NCBI GenBank assembly: GCA_963720465.1 | Contig: OY970393.1 | Coordinates: 1,024,001-1,088,000, forward strand | Direction: 5' to 3' | Length of the DNA stretch: 64,000 bases | Source: Methanobacteriota archaeon | Lineage (GTDB): Archaea > Halobacteriota > Bog-38 > Methanoflorentales > Methanoflorentaceae | In this document: positions 11,608 to 22,250 of the stretch, one piece after another | Layout of the letters: every line of letters begins with the position of its first letter | Numbering within the stretch: position 1 is the stretch's first letter | Translations under genes and position numbers: made by a program | The notes under the pieces: model-generated | What the model was told of the DNA's origin: nothing | The model's database searches: none | The model's input: the letters and a program-made list of their open reading frames with translations, nothing else

Positions 11608-11923
11608 AGTGCGTCCTCTTGAACTCCTCAACCAAATACGAGAGCGCTTCAGCGTGCTTTTTCTCGGCGCGCTCTTTGATTCTTAAAATATCTGCTTCTC
11701 CGGTCTTATGGATTGCTTGCTTAGCTGTGCTTATGTCTGCATCGGCAGTCGCGTTCAAATCGTCTGCTATCTTGCTTGCTTTTTTCTCTGACGCATCAAT
11801 TATCTCAAACGATCTCTTTTTTGCATCTTCGATTGTTTGTTCTTTTTGAGTCTGAGCTTCATCGATCATTCGCTGGGCTTCCGCTTCAGCAGCCTTGATC
11901 TCTAATAATATATCTGACTTCAT
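11600..11923 (-). CDS. atpH: A-type ATP synthase subunit H/G
   Basis: ILLEIKAAEAEA coiled coil; first gene of the canonical H-I-K-E-C-F-A-B-D order. Confidence 0.88.
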   Translation of the reverse strand: MKSDILLEIKAAEAEAQRMIDEAQTQKEQTIEDAKKRSFEIIDASEKKASKIADDLNATADADISTAKQAIHKTGEADILRIKERAEKKHAEALSYLVEEFKRTHYV

Positions 11924-12041
11924 ATGACCAAGCCCATCCGGTATAATAAAAAGGGATGTTATTTAAGCTTTAGCAAACGTCGCCCACTCGCGTATCGGAG
12001 CAAAAAAGGGCAAAAGATACCATCTTCGCGAACGCGCAGTG

Positions 12042-12824
12042 CTACGCTTTCAAATAGTCTTCAGCGTACACGTCTTTGTTCAGCAGCACGTCGCACGTTT
12101 TTATGGTGTCCAATAGCTCTCGATCCTCGGTGTTTATGATTGCTGATGATAATCCCGCGCCCATCAGCATTGCCAGAAATGTCCGTTCAATTAATCGCGG
12201 ATTCTTTGTATCGTGCGAGATGTTGTTTAGGCCGATAGTCGTCTTTAGCGCTGACGTGGGGCTCGTGAGGAGGCCAATTTTTCGAACCGCTTCGACGACG
12301 ATCGGCGCTTGATCTTGCGCCGTACTCACGGGCAAACAAACAGGGTCGACGAACAGCTTGTCGACTTCGATGCCGTACTCACACGCGTTTGCGACAAGTG
12401 TCGCGGCCTGTTCCACTCGCTTATCGACGTCGCCAAGAATAAACTTCTCGTCCATCGTCATGCATATAATTTCTGAATCGTGCTCCGCGGCCAATGGAAA
12501 AAGCGTCGCCATCTTCTCCTGCTCAGCGGGGATCGAATTGATCATCGACTTTCCTTTGACGTCGTCAATACCGGCTTTCATCACGTCGATTTTAGGAGTG
12601 TCGATGGAAAGCGTTACGTCAATCACATCTTGCACAGTCGCTACCAGCCATTTCATCATCTCAGTGGCATCGCTTCTGGCAAGCCCCGCGTTGAGGTCGA
12701 TGATTTGCGCCCCGGCGTCGACTTGCCGAATTGCAAGTTCCTGAACAGCTTTCGTATCTCGTCGATCGATTATCGCTTCAACCGACTTTGAGTAGCCGTT
12801 GATGTTGCCGCCAATGACTATCAT
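12042..12824 (-). CDS. acsE: Methyl-tetrahydrofolate(pterin):corrinoid Fe-S protein methyltransferase
   Basis: Pterin-binding barrel: MIVIGGNING, QVDAGAQIIDLN, LSIDT, MINSI, FVDP, TIGLNNIS; start refined to 12824. Confidence 0.88.
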   Translation of the reverse strand: MIVIGGNINGYSKSVEAIIDRRDTKAVQELAIRQVDAGAQIIDLNAGLARSDATEMMKWLVATVQDVIDVTLSIDTPKIDVMKAGIDDVKGKSMINSIPAEQEKMATLFPLAAEHDSEIICMTMDEKFILGDVDKRVEQAATLVANACEYGIEVDKLFVDPVCLPVSTAQDQAPIVVEAVRKIGLLTSPTSALKTTIGLNNISHDTKNPRLIERTFLAMLMGAGLSSAIINTEDRELLDTIKTCDVLLNKDVYAEDYLKA

Positions 12825-12984
12825 AGACAACTCCCCCGCTAAAGTGCAAGTGATTAGGTGCGCGTAACGCTTTAACGCTTTCGCATGAGCGCGCACGACG
12901 CTACCCACCTCGCAACCTATATATAAAAATATAGTATATAAAGACACGTCAATTTTGAACACAATGTGAGGCTTTTGGGGCAAT

Positions 12985-14856
12985 TTGAAGAAAGAATTCA
13001 AGGTTGTTTTTAAACCTGACAACAAGACTGTCAAGGTTGAACGAGGCACGACTGTTCTTGACACAGCTACGAGCTCCGACATTTACATCGATAGCATCTG
13101 CGGAGGCCGAGGCAAGTGCGGCAAGTGTAAGGTCCTCATCGAGGGGAACGTCCATAGCGACGAGACTGACCTGATAACCACTGAAGAAAAAGCAGGCGGC
13201 TACTTTTTGGCGTGTTTGGCTCGAGTCACAGGCAATTTGAAAGTGACCGTGCCCAAAGAGAGTAGGGTGGAATCACACCAAATACTCATGAAAAGCGTGA
13301 CCACGCCTCTGCCAGCGATTGACCCCCCCGTGCTCAAGGTCCCGCTTTCTCTGACTCCCCCATCACTAGCCGACTACGTGAGCGACCTCGATAGAGTCAC
13401 GCACGCGCTGCGCAATCTTGACATAGGGCACGTCACGATCGGGCTGCCCACATTGAAGAGACTAAGCAGAGTGCTTCGAGAGAACCAATGGAACGTGAAC
13501 GTCACGCTGATGGACCTCTGGGACAGAAAAGAGATCATCGATATCGGTGCTCCTTCAGATAACGACTTGATCGGAATCGCAGTGGACATAGGTACTACGA
13601 CGATCGTCGTCGAGTTAGTGGACTTAACAACTGGCAGGGTGATTGACGCTCGCTCTGACTATAACAAGCAAGTCGTGTACGGTGAAGACGTCCTTTCCCG
13701 AGTGATGTACACCGAGGAGCACGAAGATGGCATTAGCAAACTGACAAGTACCATCAGGTATGGTATCAATGACCTCATACGAGAGCTCGTTATCGAAAAT
13801 AACGTGCGCTATGAAAGAATTTGCCGAGTGGTTCTTTCAGGCAATACCGTTATGATGCACCTTTTTTATGGGCTGGATCCCAAGTACATACGCCACGAGC
13901 CTTACATACCGGTGATGTCCATCGTCCCCCAGATGAAGGCGGTGAAGCTCGACCTGAGCGTCAACCCCAACGCCTATATTTATGCGCTTCCGTGCCGGAG
14001 CAGCTACGTCGGCGGCGACGTCACAGCTGACATAATCGCGTCTGGGATGAACGACAATGCGGACATCTCATTACTAATCGACGTTGGCACCAACGGCGAG
14101 GTCGTGTTGGGAAACGATACGTTCCTCGTGTCGTGTTCGTGTTCAGCCGGTCCGGCCTTTGAAGGCGGAGAAGTCGAGTTCGGCGTCCGAGCAATGAACG
14201 GCGCAATTGAGCGCGTGTGGATCAACGACGGTCTGGTGGAGTACTCGACCATCGGCAACGAAAAGCCAAAGGGCATTTGCGGGTCGGGTCTTATCGAACT
14301 CATCGCAGAGCTCTTCAGTAATGGCGTGATTGACCGAACGGGGAAGATTCAGCTAGACAAGAACAACGTCAGAACCGAGGTCGGAAGCAACGGCAACCAG
14401 TTCGTCGTGGCGTACAAAGAGGACACAGCCATTGACAAGAACATAGTCATGACCGACGTTGACATTCAAAACATACTGCGGACAAAGGCCGCGGTCTACG
14501 CGAGCTGTAGTGTGCTGCTCAAAACCTTTGGCTACAAATTTAGCGACCTGAGCAATGTCTTCATCGCAGGGAGCTTCGGCAACTACCTTGACACCAAGAA
14601 AGCGATTACGATTGGATTGCTTCCTGACCTACCCCTCGATACGTTCAAGTTCATTGGCAATGGGGCCCTTGGCGGAGCGCGAATGGTGTTGCTCTCGCGG
14701 AACCTGCAAGACAAAGCAGCAGAGATCGTCGAAAATATGACACACATAGAGCTGAGCGTCAGCAGCATGTTCTTCAAAGAGTTTACCTCAGCCCTTTTCA
14801 TTCCGCACACAGAACTTGATCAGTTTCCCCACATTGCCACACGAGTCTACACGTAG
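12985..14856 (+). CDS. acsV: Reductive activator of corrinoid proteins (RACo/AcsV; 2Fe-2S plus ASKHA ATPase)
   Basis: CGGRGKCGKC...LAC, DIGTTT, DVGTNGE, AGPAFEG and GICGSG. Confidence 0.92.
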   Translation: MKKEFKVVFKPDNKTVKVERGTTVLDTATSSDIYIDSICGGRGKCGKCKVLIEGNVHSDETDLITTEEKAGGYFLACLARVTGNLKVTVPKESRVESHQILMKSVTTPLPAIDPPVLKVPLSLTPPSLADYVSDLDRVTHALRNLDIGHVTIGLPTLKRLSRVLRENQWNVNVTLMDLWDRKEIIDIGAPSDNDLIGIAVDIGTTTIVVELVDLTTGRVIDARSDYNKQVVYGEDVLSRVMYTEEHEDGISKLTSTIRYGINDLIRELVIENNVRYERICRVVLSGNTVMMHLFYGLDPKYIRHEPYIPVMSIVPQMKAVKLDLSVNPNAYIYALPCRSSYVGGDVTADIIASGMNDNADISLLIDVGTNGEVVLGNDTFLVSCSCSAGPAFEGGEVEFGVRAMNGAIERVWINDGLVEYSTIGNEKPKGICGSGLIELIAELFSNGVIDRTGKIQLDKNNVRTEVGSNGNQFVVAYKEDTAIDKNIVMTDVDIQNILRTKAAVYASCSVLLKTFGYKFSDLSNVFIAGSFGNYLDTKKAITIGLLPDLPLDTFKFIGNGALGGARMVLLSRNLQDKAAEIVENMTHIELSVSSMFFKEFTSALFIPHTELDQFPHIATRVYT

Positions 14857-15048
14857 TTGGCGTATCCTTTTCACCTGATACACCTTTTGCCAGATGCGTG
14901 CCCGCCCTCGATCACTGATTACGCGAGACGGCCGCTTGCCGGTCGCCCAATGATGCGATAAATCGCAAGAGTGACCTGTATTTAAGTAGAAGAGCAGCGT
15001 AGGCATAGGCGACGGGGGTTTCCGCACACAGCGTTACGGAGAAACAGC

Positions 15049-15795
15049 GTGCAAACCATTGCGATAACTGGTAAAGGCGGAACCGGCAAAACGACTTTTG
15101 CTTCGCTCCTTATAAAACACTTGAGCAATGAAAGCGTCACCGTTTTGGCTGTCGATGCAGATCCGAACTCAAACTTGGACGCGCGACTCGGAATGCACGT
15201 CGACCAAACGATTGGCGACTTGCGAGAGGATCTGCTCAAAGAGTCATTTCCCGCGGGGGTTGCCAAGAGCGAACTTATTGAGTATCAGATACGCTTGGCT
15301 CTCGTTGAAGGAGACACGTTCGACCTTATCGCGATGGGACGGCCTGAAGGGCCTGGATGCTACTGCTACATCAACAACGTGTTGCGAGATGTCCTCGACA
15401 GGCTCTCCGTCAATTACGATTACGTTGTCATCGACAACGAAGCGGGTATGGAACACCTGTCACGACGCACGACTAGAGATGTTGACGTGCTGTTTATCAT
15501 GAGCGACGTGACCGTGCTAGGCATAATCACCGCCAGTCGGATCAAGAAGCTCTCTGAGAGCCTCAATCTTGTCGTAGGAAAAACGTATTTGGTGCTGAAC
15601 GAAGTCGAGAACGCCATACCGGAAAGCATCAAGGACCAGATACGGCAACAGGAATTAGACCTCATCGGCGCTATCCCAAAAGATGCCTTAGTTGGAGAGT
15701 ATGCTTTGGAAGGAAAATCTCTGTTTGAACTGCCTCGTGATTCGGCAGCGTTTAAAGCAGCTAGCGCGATTGCTGAGCACTCGATAACTCCGTGA
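15049..15795 (+). CDS. cooC: CooC/AcsF nickel-insertion ATPase
   Basis: GKGGTGKTT, DADPNSNL, EGPGCYC and DNEAGMEHLSR. Confidence 0.93.
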   Translation: MQTIAITGKGGTGKTTFASLLIKHLSNESVTVLAVDADPNSNLDARLGMHVDQTIGDLREDLLKESFPAGVAKSELIEYQIRLALVEGDTFDLIAMGRPEGPGCYCYINNVLRDVLDRLSVNYDYVVIDNEAGMEHLSRRTTRDVDVLFIMSDVTVLGIITASRIKKLSESLNLVVGKTYLVLNEVENAIPESIKDQIRQQELDLIGAIPKDALVGEYALEGKSLFELPRDSAAFKAASAIAEHSITP

Positions 15796-15797
15796 AC

Positions 15798-17132
15798 CTA
15801 TCCGTTTGCAAGCTCTTTCAAATACTTTGGCAGTGCAGACGAATCTTTGACACCGACGATGACTTCCCAGCCCGTGAGCTCCTCGAGTTTCATCTTCAGC
15901 ATGGCGATCATGCCGGGAATTATAAGCTTTCGGTGATCCACCTTTTCTGCGACCTTGTACTCCTTAAGCGCCTGTGCGATTGTCTCTGGCGTAAACTTGT
16001 CAGCGGCGAATGCGGTCATCACCGACAGGCCTTCGGTATCGACCACAAGAAGGCGCGCAGGGACTTTGCTCGCTTCAACATCGCTTGCGACGGTGAAATA
16101 TGTGAGGGAGAAATTTGACGTGACGATGACTGGCGAGTTCCGGTTGGGCTTTCCAATATCATAGAGACCTGGATTGACCTGTATGAGCGCCTGGGGATCT
16201 GTGAAGATGTTAGTCCTCAGCGTCGTAAGGGGGTATAACCGCGCGGCATCGAGGTCACCAAAGATAATCAGCGACGCGTATTTCAACGTTCCTATCGCGG
16301 CCCTTATCGCTTGCGTTTCGACGTCCGTCCCGTTGTCCAAGTTTAGCATGACCGGATAGCCCAGGGGCCGGAAAAGCTTCTTGACACTGAGTCGACGCAA
16401 GATGGTGAGCCATTCCAATGCATCGCGTAATGGCTTGGCACCGAGATTTAGATCTAACACGATGTCATCGACGCCTTCGCTTGTTGCTATTTCAGATAGC
16501 GACACAAGCTCATCGACGTCGTCTGAGTAGAGCGCGAGCGGGCACGCGTACTGCCGCGCGAGTTTTGCAAGTGCCGCGCAGTTGTTCGCATTACCGGCGT
16601 AAATCAACGGTTTGGCCTTCGATACGACCTTAAGCCCCACTTCAACGATTTGAGGGTCATGGCTCATCAAAACGAACGGCAATCCGCTGTTTTCTTTCAC
16701 GAGCGTCACCACTTCAGAGAACCGCTGTGCATCCCCTTTCGATTCGACCGCGATCAAGTCCACGCCTGAGATGGTGCCAATCCGCTCGTATTTCATCGCA
16801 TCGAGCTTCTTGGCCCGTTCCACAATGCTTTCGTTGTCGCTGTCGTCTTCGATTACCACCGCATATGCCGTCTGGTTGAAGAACTTCTTCTCGTGTCTGA
16901 ATAGCTCGGTTTCGCCTCCGATTTCTACGTCACCAACGGTGACGGTGCGCATAGGCGGCGAAGCGGAACTCTCGAGTTGTTGCACCACTTCGGGTGACAC
17001 ATATGGACATTTCGTGAGCTCTGTCTGCTTGTTCGCCAGCATCATAGCAAACGCCAGGCACGTGGGCACTCCGCATTCGCCGCAATTCTTTTTGGCTAGG
17101 AGTTTGAATATATCGAGCGCAGTCATCGGCAT
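15798..17132 (-). CDS. acsC: Corrinoid Fe-S protein large subunit
   Basis: KNCGECGVPTCLAFA...CP, GGETELFRHEK and NFSLTYF. Confidence 0.95.
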   Translation of the reverse strand: MPMTALDIFKLLAKKNCGECGVPTCLAFAMMLANKQTELTKCPYVSPEVVQQLESSASPPMRTVTVGDVEIGGETELFRHEKKFFNQTAYAVVIEDDSDNESIVERAKKLDAMKYERIGTISGVDLIAVESKGDAQRFSEVVTLVKENSGLPFVLMSHDPQIVEVGLKVVSKAKPLIYAGNANNCAALAKLARQYACPLALYSDDVDELVSLSEIATSEGVDDIVLDLNLGAKPLRDALEWLTILRRLSVKKLFRPLGYPVMLNLDNGTDVETQAIRAAIGTLKYASLIIFGDLDAARLYPLTTLRTNIFTDPQALIQVNPGLYDIGKPNRNSPVIVTSNFSLTYFTVASDVEASKVPARLLVVDTEGLSVMTAFAADKFTPETIAQALKEYKVAEKVDHRKLIIPGMIAMLKMKLEELTGWEVIVGVKDSSALPKYLKELANG

Positions 17133-17137
17133 GGTCG

Positions 17138-18082
17138 TTATCCTGTCAATTCATCGACAACTTTTCTCGTGATCGCTACAGACTTCGGGTGTCGGAGTAT
17201 TAACGCGTTCGCGCCGGCCATTAAAGCCGCCAACGCAGACGCCACCTCCCAAAAGATCGCCCGTTCTCTCTCGTCGCCCAGCTTAGCGTCAACGCGATAG
17301 GCTTCCTTCGCGCCCCACGCCACGCTTATGTCAGCGATCATCGGAGATTGGAGCATCTTATCTCCCACGAGACCGGCGAGTTTAATCCGTTCCATCGCGG
17401 AATAAGCGTATTCCATCCCAAAACCAATTCCAGCCATAAGCGGGTCACTGACGATATGGTCGACTGGCACGCCAAACTCGGTGAGCATGATATTGAGCTG
17501 TTTAGCGATATTCACGTCGATGTTTGAGAACGCGACGACATCGTGGCCGTTGGCGGTCGCCGCAACGGCGATCGATTTGTAACCGTCCTGTTCCGCGCGG
17601 GAGAGCAAACACCGTTCTCCTTTGGCGGCGTCGCCGCAGAGTTCCATGACGCGGGCGTCTTTGTCATAGTCGCCACTTCCCTGTATTACGAGCGGTGCCT
17701 TCACCTGCGCGAGCACGGCCGACACGAGGGAGGCCGCATCTTCAGCGCTGACGTTTGCTTCCTCTGGATTCGTGCTCAGCAGCTTCAGACAGATGAAGTC
17801 TGCGCCATAGACATCAACGCACGCACGCGCCCACGCAACGGGATCCTTGATGACGTCGCCGATTTCATCAATGATGATGTGGGGGTAGTCATCGCCAACA
17901 TGATCGATCACTTCCATTCCGATCGCCGGTCGCGAAACCTTGCCTTCGAACGCCAAAAACGGAAGAGTCGTCTCTCCGCCTAAAAGGAGTTTTCTATCCC
18001 TCGTTCCGCCTTCCTCACCAGTAGCCCCGAATGCAATCTCCTTTATCTTTCCACTCCAACTTTCCTTTGGAATTGTTACCAT
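17138..18082 (-). CDS. acsD: Corrinoid Fe-S protein small subunit
   Basis: GGETTLPF, DVNIAKQLN, GMEYAYSAMERIKLAGL and WGAKEA; short (~314 aa) bacterial-type length. Confidence 0.93.
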   Translation of the reverse strand: MVTIPKESWSGKIKEIAFGATGEEGGTRDRKLLLGGETTLPFLAFEGKVSRPAIGMEVIDHVGDDYPHIIIDEIGDVIKDPVAWARACVDVYGADFICLKLLSTNPEEANVSAEDAASLVSAVLAQVKAPLVIQGSGDYDKDARVMELCGDAAKGERCLLSRAEQDGYKSIAVAATANGHDVVAFSNIDVNIAKQLNIMLTEFGVPVDHIVSDPLMAGIGFGMEYAYSAMERIKLAGLVGDKMLQSPMIADISVAWGAKEAYRVDAKLGDERERAIFWEVASALAALMAGANALILRHPKSVAITRKVVDELTG

Positions 18083-18116
18083 CGCCGTAACCACCGAGCT
18101 TCTCACGACGGCGCGT

Positions 18117-21100
18117 TTAAAACATGCCCATCGGCGACATGCGCAGCGCCGGGTGATCGACCTTCGCCAAGTACTGCGCTAGTTCATCCGCATCCGTCGT
18201 AATAGTTTCGTCGGCGATCTTGTCCACCAGATCCGGCAAGCCCAGTTCCTTTGCCCTTTTTTCAAGATCTTCTCGTAGCGCGGCTTTCAGGTCTTTCGGC
18301 ATCCAAACGACGCGCGCTAGCCCTCCATCCGCACGGATAAACTTCTTACTCGTAATGAACTGCCTGCCGACACCAATGAATCCGGGCGTTTGATTGCCCC
18401 CACCGACAGACCCGGCGAGCGTTGAGAACTTCATGCCGATCGGAGTCATTCCCGTGTACTCGCGGTTGACGACGATCACGCCCTGCAAATCACTGTTAAT
18501 CGCCACGATACACTCGAAACATCCACACGACGTCTGCGGATCCTCCATCATAGTGTACTGATTCATCCGCTCGATGTGGCCGTGGGTGAGCTCGCGGACC
18601 GCTTGGTTTACGTTTAACCATTGGCCTTTCTCCTCATCAATCACGGCGCCCTTCTCAACAGGCTTATTTGGCCCGTTTGGATCGATACTATACCCCGCCG
18701 CTGCATCTAGCCAGTTCAGTGCACCACACAGCCCAAGGCGTTCCGGAGAGATGATGCATACGTGGCTCGGGGCGAAGCTCTGACACAACGTGCACGAGTA
18801 GAACGCATCAACGCTCTCGTCCGTCAGCCCTGCAATCCGCCGATCCCGCTGTGCGTAAGCTTCCATAGCCTCTGGCAGATGCTTCTCCACCTCCTTCTCG
18901 TCGGTCATGATGGTGACTTGTATCCGGCTGATAATACCGCCGAGTTCTTCTTTCATCTTGTGGTAAAGGATGTCTCCGAAGTGCTTGAGGCGGAGCCCGT
19001 TGGCCACACTGTTCTTGCTTAGCCGCACCCAGATCAAGTTTCTCTGACCTGTATGCCACGCGCCTTCCGCATAGTTGATGAACTGATGAATGCGCCGCTC
19101 GACGACGGGCTCAAACTCGCTTTTCATGTGCTTTCCATACACTTCAACAAGAATCCCCAGCGCGGACACGCTCCCTTCTTCCATCTCGTCAACGTCCTTG
19201 CCGATGAGCGTGATCTGACCGTCCTTAACAGCATCAGCGTCGCGAATCTTGACGAGCTCAAAGACCTTTGTCTTTGTCGGGCCTCCACACTCGAGGTAGG
19301 TCTGCGGCTTACGCACCGTTTCACCCTCGAAGGCTAGCCCGTAGGCGACCGGCAATGAAACTTCGCCGACCGTGACCTTCATGTTCCGTATCTCTATCGC
19401 GTGTGCGACGATCTGATTGTAATCCTTCTCCACCTCATATTTGCCCGGCACTTCCTCCACGTCTTGATCAGTGATCGTCGGTGAACCATTGAACAGCACG
19501 GCGAACTCAATCGCTGCCTTAATGTCATCAATAGGGCCTAACTGGACGACGACGACTTTTGGCCTTTTTGCCAGGTAATCGGAGAGACCTTCCCTGTCGC
19601 CTGGCTTGACGTTCCCGAAGGTCAGCGCGGCGCGGATTGCAAAGCTCAACGCGTGAATTGCCTGCGTGAATTCGCCTACGCAAAACAGCAGCCGGTCAAG
19701 CCCCTTGTGTTCGCCAATCTCAATGCCGGCCTCGCTAATCTGCTGTATAGTATCAAAGGTAGGAATCACTAACATGCCCTTACTTTGACAATCTCTGATG
19801 ATCTTCGCAAGCAGTTTTGGGTCTCTCGCCTTCCCCACCAACACGAGGACCCCCGGTATGGTATCATCGACGAACGAGATCCCCAACTTTCGCAGCACCT
19901 CGTCAGCGACGAACCCCGTGTACGGAGTGGCCGCGTATGGGTCAGGATTGTCGATGTACTTGAGGGCTTCAACGATTTCTGCAGCGATCATCGTCGCTTC
20001 GCCCGAAGCCACCGCGTTGTCAAACGTGTACTCCTCCCGTATCTTTCCCCTCACCTCTCCGAGGAGCCGCGGCAGCTGTGCGAGTTTCGTCACTCGTTCT
20101 CCTGTCCACGCGGTTATACAAGGAAGGTAATACCCGGTGCTCGGGTATCCTATCTCCTTATCGCGACCGTACTGACGTATCGCCTTGTTCAGCAGCTGGT
20201 CTGCATACCCTGTCGCGATGATAGCCCCGTCAATCCCCTTTTTATATAGATCCTCATTCGAGAGCGCAGGTGCCTCCACCGACGGCGTGGATCCGTTCCA
20301 GTACGTGACCTCGCCGTCTAGTTCACTGTGCGTGTCCATCTTCCATCTGCGGTATTGGATGGTGTTTACCAGCGTCTTCGCGGCGACCGTCGGATCGGGC
20401 TCAAATATAAAGTGACCGCCGTAGACGTCTTGTGCTGTCGCCTGAGCGACTTCATCCGCAAGAGGGCTCCCCTTGATGAACGGGTACACTCCGACGTGCG
20501 TGGGCCATCCGGTTGCCACGCACCACGTCCCGATCGCCACCGCCTTTTCGCTCATGGCTTCGGGCGCGCTCGCGACGATGGGGAGGTCCTGTATGTCGAC
20601 GCCCATTGCCTGCGCGAGTTCGCTGACGAGGTTTTCCACGCGCGAGTTGTCCACGCAGGACCCCATATGAAGGACGAGCGGTAGCGATTGGCCAATGGTT
20701 TTTTCCCCGACGTCTTTGAGAAACGCCTTGAGAGATTCGCCAGCGTACTCGTCGACTGCCTCTGGCGTCAACAAGCCGTGCTTCGCGAGAGATTGAGCCG
20801 CACAACCGGTCACAAGCGTTAGGATGTTATTTTTGACCAGTTCCTTGGCGATAGTCAAATGACAGAGGTCGTGTTCAGCTTTCGCGGGATTGTTGCACCC
20901 CGCGATAAGTGCGATGCCTTGGACATCTCCGCTGCGAATCTTTTCGGCCAGATGCTTAAGCGGTTCTTTTTCGTTAAAGCTGCTCAGTAACGATTTTATG
21001 TACTCGAGACTAAAGCCTGCAACGACCTTGCTCGAAATGTCAGGAATGAATATTTTGGTTGGATCTCTGTTATTGTATGCTTCAATTGCGACGCGCACGA

Positions 21101-22250
21101 TCTCTTTGGCGCCTTCGCGCGCCGCCGCTTCGTTGAATTCGATGTGCGTATCGCCGGGGATGCGGGTAATCGGCATCGTTGATATCAACTTCGTGTGGAA
21201 ACACTGCGTCCAGAATCCCACCGATGGCGCGATACATTGATAATCGATGACCATCACGTCGACGACGCCTGTCATTATCGCCAATTCTTGACTCGCGAAA
21301 TTTGTGACGAGCGGAATACCTCTGCGCATCAACAGTTCGTTACCAGTGCAACAAATGCCGACGATATTAATCCCTTTCGCGCCAGCGGCTATGGCCTCGC
21401 CTTGCAGCTCGTCAGCAGCGTCGCAGATGACTTCGCTCAGTATGGGATTGTGCCCGTGCACACAGACGTTCACGCAGTCCTGCTTTAACGCTCCAAGATT
21501 AGCCTCTGAAACCACCATCTGCGGCGCGCCAAACAAGACGTCTGAGATGTTTGAGCTTATGTTTTCGCCCGTGACATCGCCGAGTGAGCACTTGATCCCC
21601 CCGAATATTAACGGCACCGGATCAGCGTCGCACCCCATGTGCGTTCTGTGCATCACTTCCGTGATCCCTCTATCAATGTTGGTAGCGATTACGTCATTTC
21701 GCTCAAGGAGTTCCAACCTCTTTGGGGGGAGCATGATCTTGAGCCAGCTACACGCCTGGTCATCGTTCCGTGAAAAGTCCTCCAAAGCGGCATTCGCCAC
21801 CGCCACCGCAAGTTCACTTATGCTTTTCTCGTTCTCCAGACCGAGCTTTGCGGCAAGTGCGCGCAGTTTCGCCTCATCTTTTATGCGATAGTCGGGTGCC
21901 TGACCCTCGCCGACCGCTTTAAGCGCGGACGCCAAGTGCCGTCCGTGGTCAGAGTGGGCTGCACAGCCTCCTGCCATCATCCGAATCAGATTACGCGCCA
22001 CAATTGTGTAATCTTTCGCCCCACAGATTCCTCTTTGTGGCTCTTTTCCGAAAGGATTGATCCGACAAGGTCCCTGCAAACAGATCCGGCAGCATAGACC
22101 GGACTCACCGAAGCCACACTGAGGCTGCATGGTTTCAGCCCTATCCCACATCGTTTGCATATGGTCCCGCTCTGCACGTGGCAGCATCTCGAGCGCCGCA
22201 GGGTCCACAGTTACAGCTTTTGTATTTCCTTTGTTACGTCTCTTGTCCAT
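18117..22250 (-). CDS. Fused Ni-CO dehydrogenase (CooS/AcsA) and acetyl-CoA synthase (AcsB)
   Basis: N-half: QCGFG..GLCCRICLQGPC, HGHNP, GICCTGNE, DYQC, GCNN, TGC, GSCVDN, SEKA. C-half: YSCTLCQSFAP, HVC, GLCGA, SCGCFE. One uninterrupted ORF; start refined to 22250. Confidence 0.93.
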   Translation of the reverse strand: MDKRRNKGNTKAVTVDPAALEMLPRAERDHMQTMWDRAETMQPQCGFGESGLCCRICLQGPCRINPFGKEPQRGICGAKDYTIVARNLIRMMAGGCAAHSDHGRHLASALKAVGEGQAPDYRIKDEAKLRALAAKLGLENEKSISELAVAVANAALEDFSRNDDQACSWLKIMLPPKRLELLERNDVIATNIDRGITEVMHRTHMGCDADPVPLIFGGIKCSLGDVTGENISSNISDVLFGAPQMVVSEANLGALKQDCVNVCVHGHNPILSEVICDAADELQGEAIAAGAKGINIVGICCTGNELLMRRGIPLVTNFASQELAIMTGVVDVMVIDYQCIAPSVGFWTQCFHTKLISTMPITRIPGDTHIEFNEAAAREGAKEIVRVAIEAYNNRDPTKIFIPDISSKVVAGFSLEYIKSLLSSFNEKEPLKHLAEKIRSGDVQGIALIAGCNNPAKAEHDLCHLTIAKELVKNNILTLVTGCAAQSLAKHGLLTPEAVDEYAGESLKAFLKDVGEKTIGQSLPLVLHMGSCVDNSRVENLVSELAQAMGVDIQDLPIVASAPEAMSEKAVAIGTWCVATGWPTHVGVYPFIKGSPLADEVAQATAQDVYGGHFIFEPDPTVAAKTLVNTIQYRRWKMDTHSELDGEVTYWNGSTPSVEAPALSNEDLYKKGIDGAIIATGYADQLLNKAIRQYGRDKEIGYPSTGYYLPCITAWTGERVTKLAQLPRLLGEVRGKIREEYTFDNAVASGEATMIAAEIVEALKYIDNPDPYAATPYTGFVADEVLRKLGISFVDDTIPGVLVLVGKARDPKLLAKIIRDCQSKGMLVIPTFDTIQQISEAGIEIGEHKGLDRLLFCVGEFTQAIHALSFAIRAALTFGNVKPGDREGLSDYLAKRPKVVVVQLGPIDDIKAAIEFAVLFNGSPTITDQDVEEVPGKYEVEKDYNQIVAHAIEIRNMKVTVGEVSLPVAYGLAFEGETVRKPQTYLECGGPTKTKVFELVKIRDADAVKDGQITLIGKDVDEMEEGSVSALGILVEVYGKHMKSEFEPVVERRIHQFINYAEGAWHTGQRNLIWVRLSKNSVANGLRLKHFGDILYHKMKEELGGIISRIQVTIMTDEKEVEKHLPEAMEAYAQRDRRIAGLTDESVDAFYSCTLCQSFAPSHVCIISPERLGLCGALNWLDAAAGYSIDPNGPNKPVEKGAVIDEEKGQWLNVNQAVRELTHGHIERMNQYTMMEDPQTSCGCFECIVAINSDLQGVIVVNREYTGMTPIGMKFSTLAGSVGGGNQTPGFIGVGRQFITSKKFIRADGGLARVVWMPKDLKAALREDLEKRAKELGLPDLVDKIADETITTDADELAQYLAKVDHPALRMSPMGMF

